This document shows positions 18,991-29,476 of a DNA stretch of 63,662 nt, piece after piece. This DNA is from Candidatus Eiseniibacteriota bacterium (lineage in GTDB: Bacteria; ARS69), in the NCBI GenBank assembly GCA_052390515.1, contig JBQTGV010000179.1, forward strand, positions 1 through 63,662. Direction: 5' to 3'. The notes below the pieces were generated by a model that saw only the letters and a list, made by a program, of their open reading frames with translations, searched no databases and had not been told where the DNA came from. The stretch's first letter is position 1, and every line of letters begins with the position of its first letter. A program made the translations under genes and the position numbers.

Positions 18991-21762
18991 TTACTCGCCG
19001 AGCGACCTCAGCACGATTCGCCCGGTCTGTCGGAACGACCCGATCTCCAGGCGAACGAAGTACACGCCGCCGGCCGCGCGGGCCCCGTCCTCCCCTCGCC
19101 CGTCCCAGCTCTGCAAGTGCTCGCCTGCCGCCATATCCTCGTCCGCCAGCCGCCGCACCAGCCGGCCGGTCACGTCGTAGATCGTGAGCGCCACCCGGGA
19201 GGCCGACGCCACCGCGAAGTGAAGATCCGTCCGCCCGGCGAACGGATTCGGCCGCGCGCCGAGGAACGCGTTCTCGGTCGGGAGCATCGGCTGCGCCGGT
19301 ACCGCGGGGGGTGCCGCCGCCGATTCGCTCCGCGCGGTCTCGCCCGCCGTCTCCGGGATGATCGACGTGCCGCAGGCGTTGCCCGTCACCACGCACGGCG
19401 GCCCGCCGCTCGAGGAGAACCCCGTCACCTGCGGGGTCGACACGCCGAACGTGACACAGTCCACAGCACCCAGCACACCGTGCGCCGCCGACGGCCCGAG
19501 GCACAGCGTGCCGCCCGTGTCGGTCACGATCAGTTGGCCCAGCAGCATCGACCCGGTCGTGGCGCAGCCCGGAATGGCCAGCAGCAGGGCCGCATTCGTC
19601 CCGATGTTCAGCACGCCGCCCGCCGGCGCGAACCCCAGCACCGGCAGATCCCCGGTCACGTCCGCCTCGAGAGCCGAGATGCCTGCATCCGAGCAGACCA
19701 TCCACAGATGCAGCAGCCGCACGCCGCCCGTCGGCGCATCCATGGTGACGAGCGGGTCGGTCGCGCTGGCGCTGATGGAGAACTCGTACCCCAGCGGACG
19801 GAAGCTCGGGGTCTGTGTGATCGGACCGTTCATCGTCACCGTCGCCGGATTCGCCGTGCCGGTGTACGAACCGCTCCCGGTGCCGGTCCACTGCACGAAG
19901 GCGAAGCCGGGGCCGGGAGCCGCGGTGATCGCCACGCTGTCCCCCGCCGCTTGCCATCCGTCTCCCGGCTGGGACGTGCCCTCCGGAGGGTCCTGGAAGT
20001 CGAGGAAGTACTCGTGCAGGTACGCGGCCGTGTAAGTCTGGGCCGTCGCGGGAACGAAGATCGTACGCGCAGCCGTGCCGATCCCGTCGCTCCACTGCGT
20101 GAATCGGTCCCGATCACCGGGTGCCGCGACCGTGAGGGAGTCCACGTTCACCGTGTGCAGCGTGGAACCCAGCCACTCGAACACCTGCGGCGAGACGTGA
20201 TCCACGCCGTCGACTCCGATCCGCTTGCCCGCAGGGGACGTGGCGATCGTGATCGGGACGGCCTGGGTGAACTGGGCACCCTCGGTGATCGGTCCGTTCA
20301 CGGTGATTGTTGCTGGGTTGGACGAGCCGCTGTATGAGCCCGGGCCGCTCCCGCCCCACGTCTTGAAGACGTATCCGGGGTTCGGCGTCGCCAGGATCTG
20401 TAGAGTCCCGCCGTTCGGATACTGCCCCGAGGCGGGCGCGGCCGTTCCCCCGACGCCGGCGCTCATCGTGACCGGCCAGGTCGGTGGAAACACGAAGCTC
20501 GCCGTTTGTGTGATCGGTCCCTGGATCAAGATCGCCTGTCCCGCGGCCGTCCCTGTGTACGATCCGATCCCGGAGCCCACCCAGTCGCTGAACACCCAAC
20601 CCAGACTCGGCGTGGCGAAGATGGTCAGCACCGTCCCCACGTAGTAGCTCCCCGAGGACGGAGTGACGGACCCGCCCGGTCCCGCGATCATCGTCAGGGG
20701 CACCAGCTCGCGCAGGGCGAAGTGCGCGGTCTCGGAGATGTCGCCCGAGATCGTGAGAGTCGTCGGGTTGTTCCACGTGGTCTGCGAACCGGAGCCTGTT
20801 CCGGTCCAGCCCATGAACGCGTAGCCGGAGTCCGGAAAGGCCTGGATCATCACCGTGTTCCCAGATGCGAACGTGTGAGTACCCGGCGTCGGAGCGACCG
20901 TACCCCCCGGGTCCGCTGCCATGGTGAGTGTGTACGCGGGCGCGAAGTTCGCGGTCTGCGTGATCGGACCCCCGATCGTGATCGTGACCGGGTTGCTGGT
21001 CCCCGCATAGGCTCCTGCGCCTGCGCCCGACCAGCTCTTGAACGCGTTCCCGGGATCGGGGAACGCCTCGATCGTGACCGCCGAACCGTACAGGTACGAT
21101 CCCGAGGCCGGTGTGACCGAACCACCCGCACCAGCGACCATCGAGAGCTCGTAGCTCTTCGTCGTGAAGATTGCCGTTTGCGCCATATCTCCGTTCATGA
21201 CGAGAGTCGCGCGGCGGTTCGGTCCCGTGTAAGAGCCCGTTCCGCTGCCGATCCACGACGAGAACGTGTGATGAGGACCGTCGCTTGCATAGATCGTGAC
21301 CCACCATCCTGCGATGTAGCTGTATGTACCAGGGTAAGGAACCACGGGGCCGCCGGACGGAGAGGACATCGTGAGCGTGTACAAACGCACGAACTTCGCG
21401 GTCTGCGTGACGTTGCCGTTCATGGTGACCGTCGCGGCGCTGCCGTTCCCCGTGTAGGAGCCGCTGCCCGTTCCGGTCCAGCTGAGGAAGCGGTATCCGG
21501 GGTCGGGAGCAGCCCCAATCGTGACGGTGCTGCCGGCGGGGCGGAACGAGCTCGGGGGCGACGTCGTTCCGCCCGGTCCCGCCGTCACGTTCAGGTAGTA
21601 GTGCGTCGGCGCGGCAGGAGCGGCCGCGGGTTCCGGCGTGCGGCCAGCCGGGTCTCCCTCGGCCGCCGCCACCGTCGTGGCGACCAGGGCGAGGCCTCCG
21701 AGAAGCCGCACCCCCATCCGCCGCAACGCCGCGAAGCACGCGAACCCTCGGGGCATGACCAT
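18991..21762 (-). CDS. Secreted repeat protein A: about 7 divergent InlB B-type repeats, Cys-rich domain, C-terminal FlgD-Ig/T9SS-like domain
   Basis: Signal peptide; ~70-aa repeats LTM.AGPGG.V.P..G.Y..G..V.I.A.P..GY.F..W.G.G.GSY.G..NP.T.T.NG.ITQTA.F; C-terminal ARPNPF...[11 protein letters not shown]...WDGR...GVYFVRL. Start codon uncertain. Confidence 0.85.
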   Translation of the reverse strand: MVMPRGFACFAALRRMGVRLLGGLALVATTVAAAEGDPAGRTPEPAAAPAAPTHYYLNVTAGPGGTTSPPSSFRPAGSTVTIGAAPDPGYRFLSWTGTGSGSYTGNGSAATVTMNGNVTQTAKFVRLYTLTMSSPSGGPVVPYPGTYSYIAGWWVTIYASDGPHHTFSSWIGSGTGSYTGPNRRATLVMNGDMAQTAIFTTKSYELSMVAGAGGSVTPASGSYLYGSAVTIEAFPDPGNAFKSWSGAGAGAYAGTSNPVTITIGGPITQTANFAPAYTLTMAADPGGTVAPTPGTHTFASGNTVMIQAFPDSGYAFMGWTGTGSGSQTTWNNPTTLTISGDISETAHFALRELVPLTMIAGPGGSVTPSSGSYYVGTVLTIFATPSLGWVFSDWVGSGIGSYTGTAAGQAILIQGPITQTASFVFPPTWPVTMSAGVGGTAAPASGQYPNGGTLQILATPNPGYVFKTWGGSGPGSYSGSSNPATITVNGPITEGAQFTQAVPITIATSPAGKRIGVDGVDHVSPQVFEWLGSTLHTVNVDSLTVAAPGDRDRFTQWSDGIGTAARTIFVPATAQTYTAAYLHEYFLDFQDPPEGTSQPGDGWQAAGDSVAITAAPGPGFAFVQWTGTGSGSYTGTANPATVTMNGPITQTPSFRPLGYEFSISASATDPLVTMDAPTGGVRLLHLWMVCSDAGISALEADVTGDLPVLGFAPAGGVLNIGTNAALLLAIPGCATTGSMLLGQLIVTDTGGTLCLGPSAAHGVLGAVDCVTFGVSTPQVTGFSSSGGPPCVVTGNACGTSIIPETAGETARSESAAAPPAVPAQPMLPTENAFLGARPNPFAGRTDLHFAVASASRVALTIYDVTGRLVRRLADEDMAAGEHLQSWDGRGEDGARAAGGVYFVRLEIGSFRQTGRIVLRSLGE
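19032..19918. repeat. Long direct repeat, copy 1 (near-identical to 21809-22695)
   Basis: Visual alignment shows the same 2777-nt offset at both ends and long exact runs. More diverged copies lie at about 24850-25750 and 27910-28450. Confidence 0.9.
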
Positions 21763-21767
21763 CGCGT

Positions 21768-24752
21768 CTAGTCCCCCGTCCTCGTCAGCACGATCCGCTC
21801 CGTCTGCCGGAACGACCCGATCTCCAGGCGGACGAAGTACACGCCGCCGGCCGCGCGGGAACCGTTCTCCCCTCGTCCATCCCAGCTCTGCAGGTGCTCG
21901 CCTGCCGCCATGTCCTCGTCCGCCAGCCGCCGCACCAGACGGCCGGTCACGTCGTAGATCGTGAGCGCCACCCGCGAAGGCTCCGCCACCGCGAAGTGCA
22001 GATCCGTCCGGCCGGCGAAGGGATTCGGACGCGCACCCAGGAACGCGTTCTCAGTCGGGAGCATCGGCAGCGCCGGTACCGCGGGGGGTGCCGCCGCCGA
22101 TTCGCTCCGCGCGGTCTCGCCCGCCGTCTCCGGGACGATCGCCGTCCCGCAGGCGTTGCCCGTCACCACGCACGGCTGCCCGCCGCTCGACGAGAACCCC
22201 GTCACCTGCGGCGTCGACACGCCGAACGTGACGCAGTCCACAGCACCCAGCACACCGTGCGCCGCCGACGTCCCGAGGCACAGCGTGCCGCCCGTGTCGG
22301 TCACGATCAGCTGACCCAAGAGCATCGCCCCCGTCGTGGCGCAGCCCGGAATGGCCAGCAGCAGGGCCGTATTCGTCCCGATGTTCAGCACGCCGCCCGC
22401 CGGCGCGAACCCCAGCACCGGCAGATCCCCGGTCACGTCCGCCTCCAGCGCCGAGATTCCTGCATCCGAGCAGACCATCCACAGATGCAGCAGCCGCACC
22501 CCGCCCGTCGGCACGTCCGCATTGATCAAGGGATCCGTCGCGCTGGCGCTGATGGAGAACTCGTACCCCAGAGGACGGAAGCTCGGGGTCTGTGTGATCG
22601 GACCGTTCATCGTCACCGTCGCCGGATTCGCCGTGCCGGTGTACGAACCGCTCCCGGTGCCGGCCCACTGCACGAAGGCGAAGCCGGGGCCGGGAACCGC
22701 CGTGATCGGAACCGCGCTTCCGGCCGTCCGGTATCCGTCACCCGGCTGAGACGTACCCTCGGGCGGATCCTGGAAGTCCAGCTCGTACTCGTGCACGTAC
22801 GTCGCGGTGTAGGTCTTCGCCACCGCAGGAACGAAGATCGTGCGACTGACAGTCGCCGGTCCGTCGCTCCACTGCACGAACCGGTCTCGATCGCCGGGGC
22901 CTGCGACGGTGACCGTGTCGACGTTCACCGTGTGGAGCGTCGATCCGATCCAGTCGAAAACCCGCGGCGAGACGTAGTCCACACCGTCGACCCCGATCCG
23001 CTTGCCCGGCGGCGAAGTGGTGATGGCGATGGACACGGCCTTCAGGAAGAGAGCGCCCTCCGTGATCGCTCCGTTCACCGTGATGGTCGCGGGATTCGAC
23101 GTTCCACTGTACGAGCCCGATCCTGTTCCGATCCAGGTCTTGAAGACGTAACCGGGACTCGGCGTCGCCACAATCTGCACGCTCGCACCATTCGGGTACG
23201 TGGCCGACGCGGGAGCGACGGTCCCGCCGGCACCCGCGCTCATCGTGACCGGCCACATCACCGGGAACGTGAAGGTCCCGGTCTGGGTGATGGGTCCGCC
23301 GATCAGGATCGTGTGCGTGAAACCCGGACCGGTGTAGGACCCGCTGCCGGTTCCTTGCCAGCCGTTGAACACCCACCCTGCGTTCGGCGTCGCGACGATG
23401 TTCACCAGCGCTCCGACGAAGTAGTTGCCCGATGCCGGGGAGACGGATCCTCCCGGGTCGGCGATCATCGTCAGCGGAACGAGCTCGATCGGGGCGAAGT
23501 GTGCAATCTGAGTGACGTCGTTGCTCATCGTGAGGGTGACTGGGTTGAGCCAGTCGGAGTAGGACCCGCTGCCGCTTCCCGTCCAGCCGGTGAAGGCATA
23601 CCCCGAATCCGCAACGGCCTGGATGATCACGGAGGTTCCCACCGCGAAGGAGTGGCTCCCCGGAGCCGGGTCCACTGTCCCGCCCGGATCCGCTGCCATG
23701 GTGAGAGTCCGCGGGGAACCGAAGCTGGCGGTCTGCGTCACGGGATCGTAGAGCGTGACCGTCGTCGGATTCGCGATTCCCGTGTACGAGGAGGTGCCGA
23801 CTCCGGTCCAGCCGCCGAAGGCGAACCCTGGATCCGGCACAGCTTGGATCGAGACGGCGCTGCCGTGCGTGTACGTCCCCGACGCTGGCGTCACCGTTCC
23901 CCCCGGGCCGGCGACCATCGTCAGATCGTAGCTCGCAGTGTCGAAGCTGGCAGACTGGGTGATGTCCCCGTCCATGATGACCCACCACCACGGCTCGGTT
24001 CCAGTGTAGGAACCCGCTCCCGTGCCGATCCAGGAGGAGAACTGATATCCCGAGTCTGGGAATGCCACGATGTCGATCAACCCTCCCGCGGGAATGAGAT
24101 GGGCACCGATCCCGGGGTAGACCGTTCCACCCCGGCCTGCCGCCATAGTCAGAGTGTGCGCTGGAGTGAAGGTCGCCGTCTGCGTGATCGGGCCGTTCAT
24201 CGTGACCGTCGCCTGGGCGTTGATACCGTTGTACGAACCCGTCCCGATTCCATTCCAACCCAGGAGCATGTGCCCTGAGTCCGGGAGGGCCTCAATCGTG
24301 ACGACGGTGCCGTGCACGTAGATCCCCGACTCCGGGGTCACCGTCCCGCCCGCGCCGGCGATCATCGTGAGGGGAAACGTCTTGATCTCGAAGGTGGCTG
24401 TCTGCGTGATGTTGCCGTTCATGGTGACCGGCGCCGAGCGGTTCGGCCCCGTGTATGACCCGGGACCGACGCCTGTCCACGCGACGAACTGGTATCCGAT
24501 CGACGGAGTGGCCCTGATCGTCACCGTGCCGCCCGCCGAGCGGAACGAGCTTCCGCTCGGGAACACGGTCCCACCGACGCCACCGACGACGTTCAGGGTG
24601 TAGAACGGGGCCGCGCGTGCGCCCGGCGGGTCGCTCGCGACGGGCGCCGACACGCCGGCAGGACTTGGCGCTCCCTCGGAGGGAGTCGGGAGGAGCCACG
24701 CCAGCAGGATCGCCGCGAGGGCGAGACTGGGGCGGCCGTTCTGCAGGTGCAT
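21768..24752 (-). CDS. Secreted repeat protein B: about 8 B-type repeats, Cys-rich domain, FlgD-Ig/T9SS-like domain
   Basis: Signal peptide; same repeat consensus and C-terminal architecture as 18991-21762; SD GAGGAGG. Confidence 0.88.
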   Translation of the reverse strand: MHLQNGRPSLALAAILLAWLLPTPSEGAPSPAGVSAPVASDPPGARAAPFYTLNVVGGVGGTVFPSGSSFRSAGGTVTIRATPSIGYQFVAWTGVGPGSYTGPNRSAPVTMNGNITQTATFEIKTFPLTMIAGAGGTVTPESGIYVHGTVVTIEALPDSGHMLLGWNGIGTGSYNGINAQATVTMNGPITQTATFTPAHTLTMAAGRGGTVYPGIGAHLIPAGGLIDIVAFPDSGYQFSSWIGTGAGSYTGTEPWWWVIMDGDITQSASFDTASYDLTMVAGPGGTVTPASGTYTHGSAVSIQAVPDPGFAFGGWTGVGTSSYTGIANPTTVTLYDPVTQTASFGSPRTLTMAADPGGTVDPAPGSHSFAVGTSVIIQAVADSGYAFTGWTGSGSGSYSDWLNPVTLTMSNDVTQIAHFAPIELVPLTMIADPGGSVSPASGNYFVGALVNIVATPNAGWVFNGWQGTGSGSYTGPGFTHTILIGGPITQTGTFTFPVMWPVTMSAGAGGTVAPASATYPNGASVQIVATPSPGYVFKTWIGTGSGSYSGTSNPATITVNGAITEGALFLKAVSIAITTSPPGKRIGVDGVDYVSPRVFDWIGSTLHTVNVDTVTVAGPGDRDRFVQWSDGPATVSRTIFVPAVAKTYTATYVHEYELDFQDPPEGTSQPGDGYRTAGSAVPITAVPGPGFAFVQWAGTGSGSYTGTANPATVTMNGPITQTPSFRPLGYEFSISASATDPLINADVPTGGVRLLHLWMVCSDAGISALEADVTGDLPVLGFAPAGGVLNIGTNTALLLAIPGCATTGAMLLGQLIVTDTGGTLCLGTSAAHGVLGAVDCVTFGVSTPQVTGFSSSGGQPCVVTGNACGTAIVPETAGETARSESAAAPPAVPALPMLPTENAFLGARPNPFAGRTDLHFAVAEPSRVALTIYDVTGRLVRRLADEDMAAGEHLQSWDGRGENGSRAAGGVYFVRLEIGSFRQTERIVLTRTGD
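21809..22695. repeat. Long direct repeat, copy 2
   Basis: Near-identical to 19032-19918. Confidence 0.9.
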
Positions 24753-24837
24753 GGGAATCCTCCTCGAGCCCTTGCTTGCTCTACTTCAGTGTGGAGCCGC
24801 CCTTACGCGCGGTGCGCGACTCGACATGCGGCCCCTT

Positions 24838-27800
24838 TCAATCCCCCGACCTCATCAGCACGATCCGCTCCGTCTGCCGGAAGGAGCCGATCTGCAGACG
24901 GACGAAGTACACGCCGCCAGCCGCGTGGGAGCCGTTCTCCCCTCGCCCATCCCAGCTCCGCAGGTGCTCACCGGCCGCCATGTCTTCGTCCGCCAGCCGC
25001 CGCACCAGCCGGCCGGTCACGTCGTAGATCGAGAAGCGCACCCGTGCCGCCGACGCCACCGCAAAGTGCAGATCCGTCTGCCCGGCGAATGGATTGGGAC
25101 GGGCGCCCAGGAATGCGTTGGCCAGCGGCAGGAGCACCGGCGGAGTGAGTGACTGGATACTCTCGCCCTGCGCCCCGACCCTGGCGACGCTCGGAGCCGG
25201 AACGAGGCACGCGTTCCCGGCAACCGCGCACGGCGCGGCCCCACTGGACGAGAACCCAGTCACCTGCGGACTGGAGGGCCCGAACGTCGTGCAGTCCACG
25301 GCCGCCAGGACTCCGTGCGCCGCCGACGGTCCGAGGCAGACGGAGCCACCCGTGTCCGTCACGACGAGCGACCCCAGGAGCATGGCGCCGGTAGACTCGC
25401 AGCCGGCGATCGCCAGAAGGAGGTTCTGCGCCGTGCCCGCGTTGAGTACGCCGGCAGCCGGGGCGAACGCCAGCACCGGCAGGTCCCCGGTCACGTCCGC
25501 CTCGAGCGCGGAGATCCCCGTATCCGAACAAGTCAACCACAGATGGAGAGTACGCGCGGCGCCCGTCGGCGCGGCGGTGTTGATCGAGGGGTCCGTCGCG
25601 CTGGCGCTGATGGAGATCTCGTACCCCAGCGGCCGGAAGGCGGGCGACTGGACGATGGGACCGTTCATCGTCACCGTCGCCGGATTCGCCGTTCCGGTGT
25701 ACGAGCCGCTCCCCGTTCCGGTCCACGCCGTGAAAGCGAACCCGGGGCTGGGGACACCCGTGATCGGCACGGCGCTTCCGGCAGACTTGTACCCGTCCCC
25801 CGGTTGCGAGGTCCCCCCCGGCGGATCCTGAAACGCCAGGAGATACTCGTGCACGTACGCCGCCGAGAACGTCGTGGCCGTCCCCGGAGTGGCGATCTGC
25901 CGCCCAGGCGCCGAGTGCCCGTCACTCCAAGAGGTGAATCGATGTCGCTCGTCGACGCCCACGACCAGCGAGTCCACGTTCACCGCATGCAGCGACCCGC
26001 CGGCCCACCCGAACGTCTGCGGGGCCACGTAGTCGACCCCGTCGACGTTGATCCGCAGACTGGGTGGTGACGTCGTCAGCGTGATGGGAACGGAAACCTG
26101 GAACCTCGCGGTCTGTACGATGTTGCCGTTGACCGTGATCGTGGCAGGGTTGGCCGACCCGGTGTAGGAGCCGGGCCCGTAGCCGGCCCAGGAGCTGAAC
26201 GCGTAGCCGGGGTTCGGGATGGCGTCGACCTGCAGCACGCTCCCGCCGGGGTAGCTGCCGGTCGCGGGCGTCACCGTCCCTCCCCCGGTGGCGACCATCG
26301 TCACCAGCCAGGTGGTGGGGACGACGAAGTTCGCCGTCTGGGCGATCGGCCCGGCGATCCGGATCGACGCACTCGGGCTCGGTCCGGTGTAGGATCCGCT
26401 GCCCGTGCCGACCCAGTCGCTGAACGCCCAGCCCGTGTTGGGCGTGGCGCGGATCGTCAGCAGGGTGCCGACGTTGTACGTCCCGGACGCGGGCGTCACC
26501 GTGCCTCCCGGTCCGGCGATCATCGTCAGAGGCACGGGAACCTGCGCCGCGAAGTGAGCCGTCTGCGTGATGTCGCCGTTCACCAAGGCGATCGCCGGGT
26601 TGTCGATTCCGGTGTACGAGCCGGGGCCCGTCCCCGTCCAGCCGATGAACGCCTCGCCGCTGGTCGCGAGTGCCTGGATGACCACGGGAGTGTTGGCGGC
26701 GAAGGAGTGCAGTCCGGCCGGCGGAGTGACGCTTCCACCCGGATCGGCTGCCATCGTCAGCGTGTACCCCTGCGCGAACGTCGCGGTCTGCGTGATGGGG
26801 CCGTTCATCGTCACTATCGCCGGGTTGCTGGGTCCGCTGTAAGAGCCGTTTCCCACTCCGGTCCACGTGAGGAAGGCGTACCCGGAGTCGGGCAACGCCT
26901 GGATCGGAACCGTCGTCCACGGCATCTGCGGTCCGGATGCGGGCAGTACCGTACCGCCGGGACCGGCCGAGGTGGTGAGCAGGAATCCCCCGGCGATGAA
27001 CGTGGCGGTCTGCGTGATGGGGCCGTTCATCGTCACGGTCGCGGGGTTGCTCGTTCCCGAGTACGAGCCACCGCCCACACCGGTCCAGTTGACGAAGGCA
27101 TATCCCGGATCCGGGATCGCCTGGATGGTCACCATGGCCCCGGTCGCTTGAAGGCCGGTTGCGGGAGTCACCGTGCCGCCCAGACCCGCGAACATGGTGA
27201 GCTGGTAGCCGTCCACGACGAAGGCGGCGGTCTGAGTGATCGGGCCACCCATCGTCACGGTCGCTGGGTTGTTCGTCCCCGTGTACGAACCGGTGCCCGT
27301 CCCCACCCAGCCGACGAACTTGAAACCCGAGTCGGGAAGAGCCTGGATCTGCACCACGGTTCCGGACAGATGACTCCCGGACGCAGGCGTGACCGTTCCA
27401 CCCGCGCCGGCCGACATGGTGAGGAGGTAGCTGCTCTGCAGGAAGTGAGGGATCTGGGTGATCGGCCCGTTCATGGTGACCGTGGCCGGGTTCTCGGTTC
27501 CGGAGAAGGAGCCGTTCCCTGTTCCCGTCCAGTGGTCGAAGCCGAACCCGGCATCCGGGACCGCGGTGATCTGGACGCTGACTGCCGTCCCGTACCATCC
27601 GTCTCCCGGCAACGATGTGCCTTCCGGCGGATCCTGGAAGTCGAGCAGATACTCGCGCGTGTACTGGGCGACGTAGCTGGACGTCAGAGCGAAGATCGTG
27701 CGCGCCGCCGACAGGTGGCCGTCGCTCCACTGCGCGAGCCGTTGGCGGTCTCCCGGCGACCCCACCACCAGTGAGTCCACGCTCAGCGAGTGAGAGGAAC

Positions 27801-29385
27801 CCGCAATCCACGAGAACGTGTGCGGTGATACGTAGTCTACGCCGTCGACTCCGATGCGCAGACCCGTCGGCGAGGTCATGACCGTCACCGGCAAGAGTGC
27901 TTGGCCGCTGCAGTCGACTCCGGGAGCGACGCACGGCGCCTGCCCGCTCGAGGAGAAGCCGGTCACCAGCGGGGTCACTGTCGTGAACGTCTGACAGTCC
28001 ACCGCGCCCAGGACCCCGCTCGCCGCGGAAGGACCGAGGCAGAGAGTCCCGCCCACGTCGTCGACCACGATCGACCCGAGAAGCAGCGGCCCCGTCACGG
28101 CGCAGCCCGGGATGGCGAGCAACAGAGCGGTGCTCGTGCCCACGTTCACCACGCCGTTGGCCGGAGCGAATCCGAGGACGGGAAGGTCGCCCGTAACGTC
28201 GGCCTCGAGTGCCGCGACTCCTGCGACCGAGCAAACCATCCAGAGGTAGACCGACCGAACTCCGCCGGTCGGCGAACCCGTGTTCACGAGCGGATCGGTC
28301 GCGCTGGCGCTGATGGACAGCTCGTAGCCCAGCGGCCGGAAGCTCGGAGTCTGCGTGATCGGTCCGTTCATCGTCACGGTCACGGGATTGGCGGTCCCCG
28401 TGTACGAGCCGTTGCCCGATCCGGTCCACTCCTCGAACGCGAAGCCCGGAACCGGAACGGCGGTGATCGACACGCTGTCGCCAGCTGCGAACCAGCCGTC
28501 ACCCGGCGACGAGGCTCCCTCCGGCGGGTCCAGAAACGTCAGCATGTACTCTTGGGAGTACTCGGCCGTGAAGGTCGCGGCCGCTGGCGGGGTGACGACG
28601 GACCGTGTCGGCGTCACGATCCCGTCGTTCCAGGCCGCGAAGCGCCGTCGGTCGCCCGAACCCACGACCAGCGAGTCCACGTCCACGTCGTGAGTCGTTC
28701 CCGCCAGCCAAGCAAACGTGTACGGCGACACGTAGTCCGCCCCGTCCACGCCGATTCGCAGGCCCGGCGGCGACGTCGTCACGGTGACCGGAACGGCGAG
28801 CTGGAACGCGGCTGTCTGCGTGATCGGGCCGTTGACGATCACCGTCGCGGGGTTGTTGGTCCCGGTGTAGGAGCCGCTGCCAACTCCGGTCCAGCCGATG
28901 AAGACATTCCCCGCGCCAGGGAACGCCTCGATCGTGACCTGCGACCCGATCGCGTGCGTTCCTGTCGCAGGCGAAACGGTGCCGCCCGGACCGGCGTTCA
29001 TGGTGAGAGTCGAGCCGAACGTCGCGGTCTGGGTGATGTGGCCACCCATCGTGATCGTCGCCGCTCGATTGGGGCCTGTGTAGGAACCTGGCCCGGTTCC
29101 CACCCAGCCGGCAAAGGAGTTGCCGGCGAAGGCGGTCGCGCGAACCACAACCGTGGCGCCCGACGGGCGGAACGTCGAACGCGGCGTCACCGAACCGCCG
29201 GGACCGCCGACGACGGTCAGGACATACCAGACCAACGCAGCGTTCGAACTTTGCTCGGACGCGTCCACCACGCCGGGCGGAGGCAAGGACTCGGAACGGG
29301 CCGCGCCAGCGGAGACCCCGGGGAGGAGCGAGGTCAGGAGGATCACCGCAAGTGCGAGGCCGGAACGGCAGCTCGGCACATGCAT
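24838..29385 (-). CDS. Secreted repeat protein C: about 11 B-type repeats, two copies of the Cys-rich domain, FlgD-Ig/T9SS-like domain
   Basis: Signal peptide from MHVPSCRSG (ATG 29385; ORF track start 29406); same repeats; Cys-rich domain present internally and near the C-terminus. Confidence 0.88.
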   Translation of the reverse strand: MHVPSCRSGLALAVILLTSLLPGVSAGAARSESLPPPGVVDASEQSSNAALVWYVLTVVGGPGGSVTPRSTFRPSGATVVVRATAFAGNSFAGWVGTGPGSYTGPNRAATITMGGHITQTATFGSTLTMNAGPGGTVSPATGTHAIGSQVTIEAFPGAGNVFIGWTGVGSGSYTGTNNPATVIVNGPITQTAAFQLAVPVTVTTSPPGLRIGVDGADYVSPYTFAWLAGTTHDVDVDSLVVGSGDRRRFAAWNDGIVTPTRSVVTPPAAATFTAEYSQEYMLTFLDPPEGASSPGDGWFAAGDSVSITAVPVPGFAFEEWTGSGNGSYTGTANPVTVTMNGPITQTPSFRPLGYELSISASATDPLVNTGSPTGGVRSVYLWMVCSVAGVAALEADVTGDLPVLGFAPANGVVNVGTSTALLLAIPGCAVTGPLLLGSIVVDDVGGTLCLGPSAASGVLGAVDCQTFTTVTPLVTGFSSSGQAPCVAPGVDCSGQALLPVTVMTSPTGLRIGVDGVDYVSPHTFSWIAGSSHSLSVDSLVVGSPGDRQRLAQWSDGHLSAARTIFALTSSYVAQYTREYLLDFQDPPEGTSLPGDGWYGTAVSVQITAVPDAGFGFDHWTGTGNGSFSGTENPATVTMNGPITQIPHFLQSSYLLTMSAGAGGTVTPASGSHLSGTVVQIQALPDSGFKFVGWVGTGTGSYTGTNNPATVTMGGPITQTAAFVVDGYQLTMFAGLGGTVTPATGLQATGAMVTIQAIPDPGYAFVNWTGVGGGSYSGTSNPATVTMNGPITQTATFIAGGFLLTTSAGPGGTVLPASGPQMPWTTVPIQALPDSGYAFLTWTGVGNGSYSGPSNPAIVTMNGPITQTATFAQGYTLTMAADPGGSVTPPAGLHSFAANTPVVIQALATSGEAFIGWTGTGPGSYTGIDNPAIALVNGDITQTAHFAAQVPVPLTMIAGPGGTVTPASGTYNVGTLLTIRATPNTGWAFSDWVGTGSGSYTGPSPSASIRIAGPIAQTANFVVPTTWLVTMVATGGGTVTPATGSYPGGSVLQVDAIPNPGYAFSSWAGYGPGSYTGSANPATITVNGNIVQTARFQVSVPITLTTSPPSLRINVDGVDYVAPQTFGWAGGSLHAVNVDSLVVGVDERHRFTSWSDGHSAPGRQIATPGTATTFSAAYVHEYLLAFQDPPGGTSQPGDGYKSAGSAVPITGVPSPGFAFTAWTGTGSGSYTGTANPATVTMNGPIVQSPAFRPLGYEISISASATDPSINTAAPTGAARTLHLWLTCSDTGISALEADVTGDLPVLAFAPAAGVLNAGTAQNLLLAIAGCESTGAMLLGSLVVTDTGGSVCLGPSAAHGVLAAVDCTTFGPSSPQVTGFSSSGAAPCAVAGNACLVPAPSVARVGAQGESIQSLTPPVLLPLANAFLGARPNPFAGQTDLHFAVASAARVRFSIYDVTGRLVRRLADEDMAAGEHLRSWDGRGENGSHAAGGVYFVRLQIGSFRQTERIVLMRSGD

Positions 29386-29476
29386 GGGAGTACCCTCGCG
29401 GATCAAGCTACTCCGGTTTGCCCTCGGGGATCAAGCCGCGTGTGCAGGCCGCCCCGGAGCGCCCCGGAGACACGAA

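Noticed and set aside
18991-29385. Diversity-generating retroelement or CRISPR explanation for the repeats
   Set aside because: No reverse transcriptase or cas gene; the repeats are in-frame protein modules; differences between copies are not confined to adenines.
29408-29430. AGGGCAAACC on the minus strand resembling a c-di-GMP-I riboswitch
   Set aside because: The following GAAA-loop stem and GACGCAAAGC element are missing, and there is too little room before the start codon.
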